A stretch of 64,000 nucleotides of DNA, taken from NCBI GenBank assembly GCA_051530055.1, contig CM121343.1, positions 7,690,044 through 7,754,043 on the forward strand. Reading direction: 5' to 3'. Made by a program: the position numbers and the translations under genes. The stretch's first letter is position 1, and each line of letters starts with the position of its first letter. This document shows positions 12,017-24,600 of this stretch, piece by piece. The DNA comes from Neoechinorhynchus agilis. Its lineage: Eukaryota > Animalia > Acanthocephala. A model generated the notes under the pieces. It saw only the letters and a program-made list of their open reading frames with translations, was not told the origin of the DNA and did no database searches.

Positions 12017-14112
12017 ATACTTCAATTCGGGATGATGAATATAGTAATGTTTTTGTTCACTTATGCATTTCTTGATTCCAAAAAATATTGATACTGTACA
12101 TGGGTTTGCTTGTCGTGAGGCTATCATTCAACTTTGCCCGATATATGCGCAACGATATCACTCTTTGCCGAACTTAGTATGACCCATCAATGCATATGAT
12201 TGGTAACCGATAGGTTTTTGTTTAAATCAATTCCAAAATATCAAGTACCTTATAATTGAGCTACTTATCGAAGCTAAAACAGTTATTTCAAGTGTATTTC
12301 ATTTCTAAAGCAGATTTGGATTTTTAAATGATCCCATAATGCCGTTCCGGGCGAGGTTTTAATCAAAAGAGTAATAAGCAAGGAAAGTCTTTGAGCGTGC
12401 AGAGCGGAAGTTATGCTCGTTAATAATGAAGAAAATATCATTAACGATTAATGCAATAAACCGACATGTTGTACATTTCTTTACTTTTAAATTGAGGGCC
12501 TAAACTCCGGGAAGCACTATGAGCAATAAGAGACTTTGATCGACCATTTTGTATGAAACGTATTTTAATAACAACGCATTCTTCACTGTCGTTATGCAGC
12601 TTGAAGGTGTGTGGTATATAAGACAATCAATATCTACCTTTTAAAATAAATTATAAATTTCTTATAAGGTTGATTTTCGTTGATTTTCAATGCTTGACAA
12701 AATTTTGAACCAGTCTTATAAATGTTGTCTAAGATTTCTCACTTAAATCTCGATTCGTTCAATTGGCTAAGCAAGATCTATTATGTTACAAAGGAATAAA
12801 CTATTTACTGGGAAGTTCCTAATTTTCCTGACATTATATCTAGTGTGCTACAATGCAATAAAATGAGAATGTGGGATTGTATTGTATGCAACGGTAGTTT
12901 CCTACGTTGCACCGTAGGTATAAGCCCGTCAAATAGTATTAGACTCCGCTGGGGATCTAAAATACACGACAGCAGTCCTGTTATGCGGACAATTCTCGTC
13001 TCTTAAAATCAGGTCATCGTATGTACGACAGTTCCCTTTGCCTTTACGATACAATGTCGTTGGCTTCCAGAAAAGGAACTGTTGCACGACCTGTGGGCAA
13101 GATGCCTCGGACCGAATTATATTGCCCGTGAACTGCAGTTGTCTGCGGCGCAAATATTCACTGGGCGGTTGAACTCCGGCTCTCTTATACAGTGCTTTGT
13201 TGGTCACTTTATCTGACCTTGAACGCCGCACGTAAGAGAGATGAATGATATTGGTCCAACTGCCTCGTCGCCGTTGGTGACTGTGTCCAGGTCTCTGCAT
13301 TGTAGTAGAGAATGCTCTCAATTAGAGCCCTGAACAGCTGCGAACGGAGTTCATCTGGTAAAGACTCACTGTCAAACAGTGGTTTAAGTTGCCCCATTGC
13401 TCTCCAAGCTATAGCTCTCCGTCGGCTGACATCCGCACTCACCTCAGGAACGACAGCTCCCAGATAGACATACCGCTCTATCTGTTTTAATTGCTCAACG
13501 CCATTCGGCCCTTCGCCGGAGACTGTATGCGCGACATGCGGAATCGTCAAGAATTCCGTCTTTTTCGAGTTGATGGTCAGACCAATCATACTCGCCCTCT
13601 CGCACAGTCTATTTAGCATACGTTGAGCTCCTTCGACTGTTGAGGACATCAATACGATGTCGTCGGCATATGCCATGTAGGAGGCGCGTATCTCAGGATA
13701 CCTACGACCTCTTTTCCTCAACAGAGAAAATCCATCTTCATCATTCGGTAGTGCCCATCTCATTACCCAATCAAGCACCAAGATGAAGAGGAAAGGAGCC
13801 AATGTGTCGCCCTGCAGAACACCTGAAGTGGTGGAAAAGTATTCTGTCAAACCGTCAGCTGTCTTGACGGCGGACCTTGTGTTTTTATATAATGACATAA
13901 CGGATGTGACAATGATCGGCGGCACTCCATACTCCTTTAAGATACCGCCAATCATCGTTCGATTTACCGAATCGAAAGCTCGGCGGAAATCAGCAAATAC
14001 CAGCGTCACATCCGTTTGATGAATTCGTGCCTCCTCGAGGATCCTCCTCAAAGCCAATATGTGCTCTGTGGTGCCTCGATCTTTCCTGAAGCCGTTCTGT
14101 TCAATTCTTAGA

Positions 14113-15704
14113 TCGATTAGATTAATTTACATATTTAAGACGCAATTGACCAAAAACGAATATGAGGAAATCAGACGATGGATATAGCGACGGATCAGAT
14201 TCACCTCCCAGCCCTATACCTTCAAGAAGGTTCAGGACGATCTCAGCATCGGATAGGTTTTGCCGAAATTCCAAATTACGTCACAATGTGTTCAAATCGC
14301 CTACAATCGACGCTGCTGACGCAGATAATTTGAACGAGCCACTTATTGATCACGCTCACCCTGAAAAGAACAACGCTGCCGGGCTCCCACGCGTCTCTGC
14401 TGGTTTGTGTCCTGTTTGCGGTAGGTCTGTTAAATTAACCAATCTGGGGGTTTTGTTTTTCCATGGTCCCCGGGATCTCCGCTGTAGTGGGTCTGGTTCT
14501 CCACCACAATTAACCGAACCTATCGTGCCTGAGACCCCTCAGATCACCACTGATTCTATTTCGATACCTGATATCGTGCGGTTTCTGCCCAGGAACGTCC
14601 TGAAACGGATCCCTGAAGGCGAGCGATATCTGGTCGCCAAAGCATTTACGGGATTGCTCAACGATTGCCTGCAAACGAACTGTGCGCCTTCATGGACACG
14701 GCTATTCGCTTTCCCGCGCTTAGTCCTTTGCACCAGTGATGATTCTGGGGTGTCTTTGACATCAACAATCAAGGAAAGGTTAGCCTCCTTTGAACAAATA
14801 TTTAACGATTTTGAAAGGAATCTCCGCGAGATTCGTAAGGGACGCACGAAGGAAGAGTTTCGCTGCCGTTTTTCAAAGCGATCACTGACTGAACGTGTCT
14901 CTTCGAAGCTTGCGGACGGAGATGTTCGGGGGGCTGTTCGGTTATTGTCATCCTCCGACAGATTCGCAAAACAGCTTCAGCGCTTGGTATTTGGATGACG
15001 CTACGCTCGGAGGTGATCCCTCCGTTATACTGCGCGATTTGGAGACGCTGATTAGGGAGACCTCGAAGATGGGCATTGAGCTCAATGCTGGAAAATGTGA
15101 GCTCCTTGTATTGAATATTGGAGACGCCGCCAAAGTCAAAGAACTAATGGCTGGGTTCGAGGCCGTAGCTCCAGGTCTGAAACTCGTGACTCGGGAGCAA
15201 CTCAACCTCCTGGGCAGTTGCGTCTTCGATTTCTGTCTCGACCGGGATTTCGTGGTGGCGGTTGAGGAAAGGTGCCAGCAGACAGGCGCTAACTGTGTTC
15301 CCGTGAATGGCCTTAGACAGTCGATCTGGGACGGACCTCTTGTCGCGAGAGCTCACAGCTCTCTACTTTCCGGTTCTCGCGATGGGGTAGTCCGAGCTAG
15401 ACTGTTGGCAGTTTCATCACGAGAATCTGGGGCGTGGTTGGAGGCTGTTCATCTGGCATCAGTGGGAACTCTTCTTACTGATGAGGTAACGAGGATCGCA
15501 GTATCCTTAAGACTTGGTCTCCCGATATGCACGCCCCATCGCTGTCGATGTGGGTCTTTGGTTGATGCTTTCGGGCGACACGGTCTCGTCTGCAGAAGGT
15601 CAGGAGGAAGGTTCTCACGCCGTTGGACAAAAGCTGGAATTTGGCGGGAGGTGGTGAGTGTGCTTCAAACAGATTGTTTGAATTGTCTTCTCGAATAAAG
15701 ATCT
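14113..15704 (+). mobile_element. CRE-clade non-LTR element with both ends but multiple internal deletions
   Basis: N-terminal CPVC...H...C finger, AWYLDD, CRCG..VD..G.HGL.C knuckle and 3' AATAAA. 9-bp TSD ATTCTTAGA at 14104-14112 and 15705-15713. Removing the insert restores the host RT reading EPFLR-IEQNGFRKD. Confidence 0.88.
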
Positions 15705-16435
15705 ATTCTTAGAAACGGTTCTAGGATTGGCTGAATTCGGCGTCTCAAAATGCTGCTGAAAAGTTTTGCCGTGTTGGACATCAAGGATATACCTCTGTAG
15801 TTCTCCACCTTTGTCGAGCAGCATTTCTTGGGGATCATTGTTAGATACGCCGTTTGCCAGATTTGAGGTACTGAGCCACCATTCATTATGCCATTCATTA
15901 TCGGTATGACCTTTCCGGCAATAGATTCAAACCTCAGTACCTCTGCCATTATCCCATCTGGGCCTGATGCACGTCCCGCACGCATTATTTTCGCCGCAGC
16001 TATCGCTTCCTTCACGGAAATCGGTCCAGTGAAGTATGTCTAAGTGCTTGGGACGATTGTGCCTTTTGGAAGTGCAGGACTCACTTCCAAAGACGATAAT
16101 GGCGAATTGAGAATTTCAGCAAAATAATTTGCGATTCTCGTTTTTCTGATTTCCGGGGAGGGACCTTGAATCAAAGTTGGCTGTCTTTGGGATCTTCCTG
16201 TGTGGGTGTTCATCGCTCTCCTCCTTATATGCGATCCCGCGAACTGCATCCTCTATCGAAGCCTTTTGCTTTTCATTATAGAGGTTGGCAAGTTCAAGAC
16301 TTGCAATGCGAACCTCAGATCGTTTTCCTCTTTTTCTTAAAGTTTTGATCTGCTCAGCCATTGCGATAAATTCACAGTCCTCCCACCATATAACCTTTGC
16401 AGCTTTTATACGCCTCATTTTTGGGTGCGACGTCG

Positions 16436-19400
16436 TAAACACTTACAAACAATCAAATAACGAAAGGCAATAAACTGAATTGTCAACCCCGAAAGCAAAA
16501 CTTACAAGCAATTATTCAACCCAAAACAATCCATAGGACACACACAAACTCACTAACGCTCGTACTGGAGAATGTCTTTTTGCGAATCTACTTCTTCCGG
16601 CATCGATGCTACGTCCGCCTCCAAGGTTTCCACAGGTTTGTGTAAGATCTGCTTAAAAAAAGTCAGAGTCACGAAATTGGGTCTCCTCCATGTTCACGGT
16701 CCCCGTTCTTCACGCTGCGAAGGGTCGGGCACGTCCCCTGAAGATATCAGCTCTTCCCCCCCAAATTGTGAACTTGACTTTGATTCACAAAATCTTCCTC
16801 TAATTGTGAAGCTTTTTCGTGTCCTTCCCAATCACGTCCTCAAACGAATTCCTAAAGGCGCTCGGTACCAAGTAGGTTCCGCAATTGCGGACCTTTTAAA
16901 TGAATGTGTCGTTAATAATAGCGCAATATCCTGGATGCGTTTGTTCGCCTTTCCTCGACTCGTATTATTCGCCGGTGAGTCCTCAGAGGAATCCTTGACA
17001 TCAATTGTCAAGTCCAGAGTCGTCAACTTCCCTGATAATTTCCTCGCTGTGCTCAAATCTGCCGAGGATCCAACATCCCTTTCGACGAAATCTGAAGGTC
17101 CTCGTCGTTTTTCATCTAGACGCTTAGGAGAACGCGTATCGGCCAAGTTATCCGACGGCGACATCCGTGGAGCCGTGCGCCTTCTCTCATCAACGGATAC
17201 TTTTGCGGGGGACACAATTACCACTTTGAACGCTTTGCGGGAAAAACACCCACCTCCAGCCATACCACCACCTCCTAGCTCACATTCCCCTTCACCAATA
17301 GATCTCAAACCGATAGATGTGGTCGAAATGAAAAGGGCCCTCTCCTCATTCGCCGGCGGTTCAAGTCACGGTCTAGACGGGCTCAGACCCCAACATCTAA
17401 AGGACTTAATCTCGGGGGGAGCGCATTGCGCTGCGGAAAAAGTCGCCAAGGCTTTGACCACTATAGTGAACCTCATCGCTCGAGGCGACACGAATGCCAC
17501 TGGAATACATTTCATGTTTTCGGCTTCCCTGTGTGCCCTTAATAAGAAGGACGGTGGGATTCGTCCCATAGCAATCGGAACTACCCTTCGCCGTCTCACC
17601 GGAAAGATTCTGTCAAAAAGGGTCGCGGAAAAAGCAGGCCAGATCCTTAGGCCCGTCCAGCTCGGATGTTGCGCTCCTTGTGGAGCAGAGGCTATAGTCC
17701 ACTCGCTGCGTTCTTTTATAAATTCTGGTAGGGGCGTTCAGGTAATCCTGAAGTGCGATTTCGCAAATGCCTTCAACACTATCGATCGAGGCATCTTAAT
17801 CTCAGCAGTCGGAAACACTATTCCAGAGCTTCTTCCCTACTTTCAGTCAGCATATTGCTCTCACACCCCGCTCGTATATAATAATGAACTAATCTGGTCT
17901 CAATCGGGTGTGCAGCAAGGGGACCCTCTGGGGCCTTTAGGTTTTGCTCTGACGACAAACAATCTGGCGCAATCTCTTCGATCACCATTCAACGCCTGGT
18001 ATCTGGATGACGCTACTCTAGGAGGTTCCCCGTCTGAAGTCCTACAAAATTTAACGGTTCTTTTAGAAGAGTGTAAAAAAATTGGCCTCAAACTGAACCC
18101 TAGCAAGTGCGAAATTTTGGTTTTGAATTGTGGGGACGAGGAACGCGCACAAATTTTGAGAGAGTTTGAAAAGGCCGCACCTAATATCCGACTTATCTCC
18201 AAGTCCAGCTTAGAACTGCTGGGAAGCTGCGTTCTCGAGGAGAATATGCAGGCTGATATCAGGAAAATCAGACCTTCCATTGATCTCATCTGTTCAAGGG
18301 CCTCTGAACTTTTCCCTCACGATGCTCTCTTCCTTTTAAAAAATTGCATCTTCATTCCACGCATCCTCCATAAACTGCGGTCAACCCCTTCCTTTCAATG
18401 TCAGCCCGAATTGAGAGAGATTGATGGTTCTTTAAGGGATGGTCTATGCAAGATCCTTAATATTAAGCTCCCCGACACTGGCTGGACCCAGGCATCTTTG
18501 CCCACAAGCTACGGAGGGATCGGTATTCGTGCCAGCTCAGCCATTGCGCTTCCAGCCTTTCTATCGTCTCTTAGTAGGTCCAAGCGCCTTTCCAGATTGA
18601 TTTTGAAACATAATTTTGAGGAGGACATCAGCCTGGAGCCCGCTCTTCATCTTTGGATGTCCCTGTCTAACCTCGACAAGATTCCAGACCTCCCGGAAAA
18701 ACAGAAATCGTGGGACATTCCGTTAGTGGAGCGTGTTCACACCTCACTTTTTGACTCGCTCTCCGACGTGGATAGAACGCGATTAACTGCAGTTTCCTGC
18801 AAAGAGTCCGGCGCCTGGTTGAAGGCTGTACCATCAGCAAATATCGGTTCGAGATTAGACGGCGAGGCTCTCAGAATCGCAGTGTCCCTAAGGCTCGGGC
18901 TCCCGGTTTGTATCCCTCACACCTGCCGATGCGGGACGGAAGTCGACCCCTCGGGCAGGCACGGTTTAGCCTGTAAACGCTCAAGTGGCCGTTTTGCTAG
19001 ACACACCGAAATAAACGCATTGCTGAGCCGCGCTTTGAAAACGGCTAACTCTCCGAATATCCTCGAGCCTAGCAACATCTGCAGGATCGATGGCCGTAGG
19101 CCGGATGGAGTTACCGTTTTTCCTTGGAGCAGGGGCAGATGTCTAATATGGGACGCAACATGCGTCGACTCCCTTGCAGCCAGCAATCTGCGAGATGCAT
19201 CCTCCGGGGCTGGGGGAGCCGCATCAGCAGCTGAGCTTCGTAAGGTTGCAAAATACGCCGATTTTACAAATTCTTATCATTTTGTCCCCTTCGCAGTTGA
19301 AACCTTAGGAGCTTTCGGACGTGCGGCGAGGAGTTTTGTTCTCGAACTGGGGCATCGTCTGATCAACTCGACCAATGACAGGAGGGCTCGCTCGTTCCTA

Positions 19401-19499
19401 GTACAGAACATATCCTTGGCTATCCAGCGAGGAAACGCAGCGAGTGTCTTGGGGACGGTGAAGGACAATTCAGAATAATATAAGTTAACTTTTTAAAAT
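16436..19499 (+). mobile_element. Full-length CRE-clade non-LTR retrotransposon (RT plus restriction-like endonuclease)
   Basis: Single uninterrupted ORF with ~135-nt 5' UTR and short 3' UTR. 6-bp TSD ACGTCG at 16430-16435 and 19500-19505. Removing the insert restores the host reading ICDV-APKMRR. Confidence 0.93.
16572..19478 (+). CDS. CRE element polyprotein, 968 aa (Zn finger, RT, CCHC knuckle, REL endonuclease)
   Basis: CKIC-x14-H-x6-C; IRPIAIG; CDFANAFN; GVQQGDPLGP; YLDD; CRCG...HGLAC; RH.EIN; RPDG; WDATCVD; K..KY; QRGNAASVLGT. Confidence 0.93.
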   Translation: MSFCESTSSGIDATSASKVSTGLCKICLKKVRVTKLGLLHVHGPRSSRCEGSGTSPEDISSSPPNCELDFDSQNLPLIVKLFRVLPNHVLKRIPKGARYQVGSAIADLLNECVVNNSAISWMRLFAFPRLVLFAGESSEESLTSIVKSRVVNFPDNFLAVLKSAEDPTSLSTKSEGPRRFSSRRLGERVSAKLSDGDIRGAVRLLSSTDTFAGDTITTLNALREKHPPPAIPPPPSSHSPSPIDLKPIDVVEMKRALSSFAGGSSHGLDGLRPQHLKDLISGGAHCAAEKVAKALTTIVNLIARGDTNATGIHFMFSASLCALNKKDGGIRPIAIGTTLRRLTGKILSKRVAEKAGQILRPVQLGCCAPCGAEAIVHSLRSFINSGRGVQVILKCDFANAFNTIDRGILISAVGNTIPELLPYFQSAYCSHTPLVYNNELIWSQSGVQQGDPLGPLGFALTTNNLAQSLRSPFNAWYLDDATLGGSPSEVLQNLTVLLEECKKIGLKLNPSKCEILVLNCGDEERAQILREFEKAAPNIRLISKSSLELLGSCVLEENMQADIRKIRPSIDLICSRASELFPHDALFLLKNCIFIPRILHKLRSTPSFQCQPELREIDGSLRDGLCKILNIKLPDTGWTQASLPTSYGGIGIRASSAIALPAFLSSLSRSKRLSRLILKHNFEEDISLEPALHLWMSLSNLDKIPDLPEKQKSWDIPLVERVHTSLFDSLSDVDRTRLTAVSCKESGAWLKAVPSANIGSRLDGEALRIAVSLRLGLPVCIPHTCRCGTEVDPSGRHGLACKRSSGRFARHTEINALLSRALKTANSPNILEPSNICRIDGRRPDGVTVFPWSRGRCLIWDATCVDSLAASNLRDASSGAGGAASAAELRKVAKYADFTNSYHFVPFAVETLGAFGRAARSFVLELGHRLINSTNDRRARSFLVQNISLAIQRGNAASVLGTVKDNSE

Positions 19500-21604
19500 A
19501 CGTCGCAGATTGACTTGAAATAAAAATCAATATCTATTTCAGCAGCTGGCATCGAGCTCAGTTGATTCTCTAGTTCGATATCGAACTCTTTCCTCTTCTC
19601 CTCATTAGCGAGGGCGCCATAGAACGGACTTGGAGGATGCTGAGGCTTACGGAACAACGAGTCACTCATGCTCAACTGACACATCACCAACTTGTGGTCG
19701 GTTGGCAGCCCATCAACTGTGAATGTGCCAGCGTTTTTGACGTGATATTTTTCCCTACGTCTCAACAATATATGGTCAAGCTGAGCTAAGCGTCTCTTGG
19801 GATTTTTTCCCATGGCATGTTTGGACCGATTCTTTTAACCCATAAACGTCGCAAAACGCCACAGACGCTTCCGGAATAAAGTGTTAGCAGACACGAGATC
19901 ATGTCGCCCCAGCGCCTCAACCAAGTACCGGCTGCTCCGATTCTCGCCTTTCAACACATATAGCGATCTTTCGGACCGGCTATTAGGAGGGTGTCTCTGT
20001 TCGGTACATCATCTAATGCTTCGACTAGATTTCCATAAAATCCTTCAACCGCCGCTTCATCCGACGAGGAGGTCGGTGAATATACGCCAAAAGCATAAAG
20101 ATTTCTCGACCGGAGCTGTATGCTGACATGAAGGATTCGGTCAGTTATAATACTGCATAGTGCTAAGTTTCGGAGGCGGGGTGACAAACAAACGCCTACA
20201 CCTCCGTTTCCTCGACTGTCCGCAGATAGGTAAGATAATGACCAGCCTCCTCCTAAATCCTCCTGATTTACGTCTGTGTCTGACTGGTCTCTTATGTGCA
20301 ATTCTTGTAAAAACACGAGATCCATTCTCGCGTCCCTTGCCAATTTGGTCAGGGTTCCCCTACGCCATTGCGCTCGCAGACTCCCACAATTCAAGGATCC
20401 GATTCGTAGCTGGGCCAAAGGGCTCACGGCTGTCAGCACCAGCTGAACAGTCCGTACCCGCCACGGTGAATGTGGGATAGAAAATTACTACGCTAAGATG
20501 GCAAAATACAGCCTGAAAACTGGCTAATCTTCAAGCTTAGTATAGTAAATATTTGATAATAATTATAAAGAAGGAGATATTAAACACGACCACAGTCTTA
20601 AAGGCAAATTTGGTTATGTAATGTGTGTTTTGAAAGGTTGATGTATACATTGAAGCCTCAATTTGAGGCATACGGTCTCTTCAATTTCCGAGTATTTAAG
20701 GATACGCAGATCAGTTGCATTCCCCATCGATTTCTGTTGTTTTTGTCCATTAGTCTGCGTATAAAGAAAGATTATTTTTAAGCGCCGCAGCATTTAATGT
20801 CCTGCCGACCGTATCCTCATCACCTTTTTAAAAATGAACATTTGCTAGCAGGAGCTATGTTACTGATGTTCACATTCGTATCTGTAAACTTGATAATCGG
20901 ATAAAAAATAAAAGTGTGTTTGAAGATTGAACTGTTCATGTTTTTATATGGCCGAAAAACACAAATTAGAATCCTCTATCATTATGCAACCAAATGTAGC
21001 AGTTATGCCAATTAGTTTTGAACTGAAATCAAACGCCTTATTTTCAAACCTATAAGGTAGCATTTTTCAATTCCTTACAAATTTGATTTGCGGAGGGGAA
21101 AGAGTAGATCGGTTCAGGAGTTCATTTTCCGTGAGAGTAGGACTTAAACAACTTATGTTAAGCGACCACCAAACTTATTTTTACCATATTGGCATGTAAC
21201 ATTCACAAGAGTCAAATGTCTAGTTTTAATCCTTCAAATGCCCATAAAAATGCCGGCCAAATATTCAAACGATTTAATCATCTTCCTCTACCAATACTTG
21301 AATAATCACTGAAAATTAAGAACAATTTTACGGTTTCTTTATTTTGATCCATAAAATGAAAACGAGTCAATTCAGGATTTCAAATTTATATGCAAAGATA
21401 AATGTAGTATAAAAGTAACTTCATTGTGTCACAAATGGTGGTTAATTTTTGGATAGAGCGACTTAAAATTCTACTGAAACTGTAATAAGTGATGAAAAAA
21501 CAGATTTCGAAATTCGTCGATCAATTGTCATTCAGTTGATTTATTGCAATTTTCACATATTTTCTTGTTCGATTCGTATAAGTATTAATGTATCAAGGAT
21601 GTCG

Positions 21605-24600
21605 TTAGGACTCACTCCTCGCCTCGGAAGGCGATCTGCCTGCATGATCAGTTGTTATGTTATCCAATACTGATGTCGTCTTCACTAAAACAAATTCGTG
21701 TGCAACTGGTTGGTTGCCAGCTCTATGCGAAAGGATCCTTAAAATCAATTTCCCACTTTCTGTGATGAAAAGTTGTTTCCTGAGCCAAACATTTATACTA
21801 AGCGCCGTCCTTCCACAAATGAATTGATCTTGCAGATTGATCACAGCTATGCCAAGAAGTGTATCTTGTCTTTTCGTAAAGCAGTAGTCTTTTGCTAGTA
21901 CATGTAACTCATAGTCATCGATTAGTTCTTCGTTTGGAATGAAACTGTATACACAGTAATGAATGGGGATGGGTTAACAGCGAGGAACCAATGAAAACTT
22001 AATGCTAACAATGTAAACATCTCATTATACACCGGCGAGGTTTCGTTCGCCTTACTTTTTGTAGCGTGAATTCTACGCCTGTCCGATAGTGATGGGCCAG
22101 AAAGATACAATTCAATGTACGGGCGGAATATCCGTGAAGCATTTAGTGCATAGCGCAACTTCGACGCTGATATAACTAAATAAAAGGTGTTCATAATGGA
22201 TAAAATATCTGGTCAGTGGTCGAAAAACAAACCTCTAACAATCAACTTATGTTCAAAAGCACCCGCGGGTGCACTTATAAGATCCAATTGAAGAGTAACA
22301 CGTCCAAGTGGCGCTGCGTGCTTTGAACCAACGCCTGAACTTGACATGGACAACTCATCCTGTTCCACTGCATTCTGATCATTAAGTGAATTGGCAATGT
22401 ATGCTTTGATTAGAGCATCGGTACTTTCGACAAAAAGGGTCGACGCGGACTCCAAATTACGAAGATTCATATTCTTTTCCAAATAACTCTTCTTCAATCC
22501 TTCTCCACCGGCCAAGAAAAAGTTTTTCAGAGCCTCAATAGATGCGCGTAGGACATTACACTGATGTGAACTCAGATTTACTCTTTTTGCTTGGCGCATC
22601 AAGACATCCGCTGATGACCGACTTCCGGGAAGAGGAATCCATACTCTACTGTTAGCCATATCAACAGCCGTGATCGGTAGAATTACTGAACGGTCCAGAC
22701 TAGCAATCGTCATGTTCCATAGCTCCTTAACTACTCTTTTCAAAACGGTTGATTCACTCTGAAGAGCGATAGTCTCCAGACTGTGAACGGCGGATAAACT
22801 GGGGCAATCGGGCATTAGAGTTCTTTACCTGCGATCCAGGTAGTCCAGTAATGGTTTTATAACCAAATCCGCGTCTTTTTGAATGACGGTTGATAATGAA
22901 GTGGAAGCTGGGGGTGGAAGTACGATTCCGTGGAGCAAATCACTGACATGGTTACAGAATTTAGTAATATCATTTTTCATTCTGCGTGACATGATCATGG
23001 TCTATGTAAAAAACCAAACATCAACTTACATATCAGTAAATTGGGACACGAGGCTCTCAAGCGAGTCATTGAGACTTATTTGTACACAATGCAAATTATT
23101 TTGACAATCTTTCGAGAGCTTTAATTATAGGTTTTGCATGAAATTGTTCATTAGAAGGCTAAACGTACGTCTGACCCACCCATCCTGCCGTACAATTTCT
23201 CAAGATTAAATCTGCATTGTTGTACGTTGTTCATCAGTGTGCAACATTTGTTGACATCTTTTCCGAATTGTTCAAATATGCGCCGGATTGTGTTAGCGTA
23301 GCCCAAAACAATCTGGGTAACCGTCTATAATTACAGAACAACTTTTGAGATGCAAAACAACAATGATCGACAAAATGTACCATCGAAAATTTTGTCATCA
23401 TAAGATCGAAAATTTTTGGGTTTACACTTCTTATATCCATGTCCTGAATAACTTTATTTATACACTCCATCATCGTAAAAATATCGACAACTGATGCCGA
23501 ATATTGATACATCTCTGTCGCTTCAGTAAACTATACAAACCACGGTAAAACATCATAGCTTTTTCAATGTGTTTCCTTACATTGAGTTGTTTATCCTTCT
23601 CAACCGCTCGCTTCATCAATTCAAGAATATTGTCGTTGCTCATATTAAGCCAATGCAGCATAAAAGGCAAAAACCAACTATCGAGAGAAATTAATGCAAA
23701 ATATTAAAATCACTTAAAAGGTTAACATGTATTTGGACATACTTTTGTAATCAAAAACTTGAAGTTAATGCAAGTAGCGATCACAATAAAAAAGCAATGT
23801 CATGGGGGGGGAACTTGCCACAATTTCGTTCGGCCAGTAAAATGTAAGTTTGAAATAAATTCTAACTTGGTATGGCGAATATGATTTTTTCACATTACCT
23901 GCAATAATCATCAGACGATTCTGGAAAATCCTCTGGTATTGTTTCATTTGAGGGCAATTCTCTTCGATAGATCCTGACATATTTGTTATAAAATGTCCGG
24001 ACCAGGAAATAGAGATTAATATACTCTTCGCCTTTCACTTTACGCTTCTCCGGTTTTTGCTTCGCGTGCTCTAAGCAATTTCATGAGGGATCAAGATGTA
24101 CGGCCTCGTACCCTCGAGATGATCAGAGAGGTCAATAGAAAGCATTGACCACATAGTATTCGCACTAACTGCACCCACATTAAGTTCAGCAGGGAATCTA
24201 TAAAGGAAAATTGTTTTACTGTCATTGCAGCTTGAAAAATCTTTTTGCTCAACTGATTTATACACTGACTATACTTCGTCTGATCCTCTTCAATTACGAA
24301 TCGTATAAGCGTTATCAGTTTTGACCAGAATGACAGATCATTTAGAGACGGTCCCATAAGCTGAGAAGGCAAATCATTGGCATCCGCCTCAACGTTTCGG
24401 CCCAGATTTAAATTTTTTTCAATTACGTTTCCACCTGCTGGATTTAAGTGGCCATCATTATCGATTCCGATGTCTCCGACGTGCATTGTCTCTCTCTCGT
24501 ATAACTCCTCGCAGGTATTAAATAGATACGAATATGTTTTTTCAACGCATGTCTTTATACAATCCTTGACTACAGTGCTAGTCCTTGGAGGATTTGCGAT

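Larger units (their letters stand above)
12878..20467 (-). mobile_element. RTE-like non-LTR retrotransposon (APE + RT), degenerate, interrupted by two CRE insertions
   Basis: APE motifs IGSLNCGSL, LQE and TDHKLV. RT motifs YRGISL, QNGFRKDRGT, FADFRRAFDSV, GVLQGDTLAPFLF and YADD. 11-bp TSD GAATGTGGGAT at 12867-12877 and 20468-20478, and a short (TACAA)n 3' tail. Confidence 0.92.
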
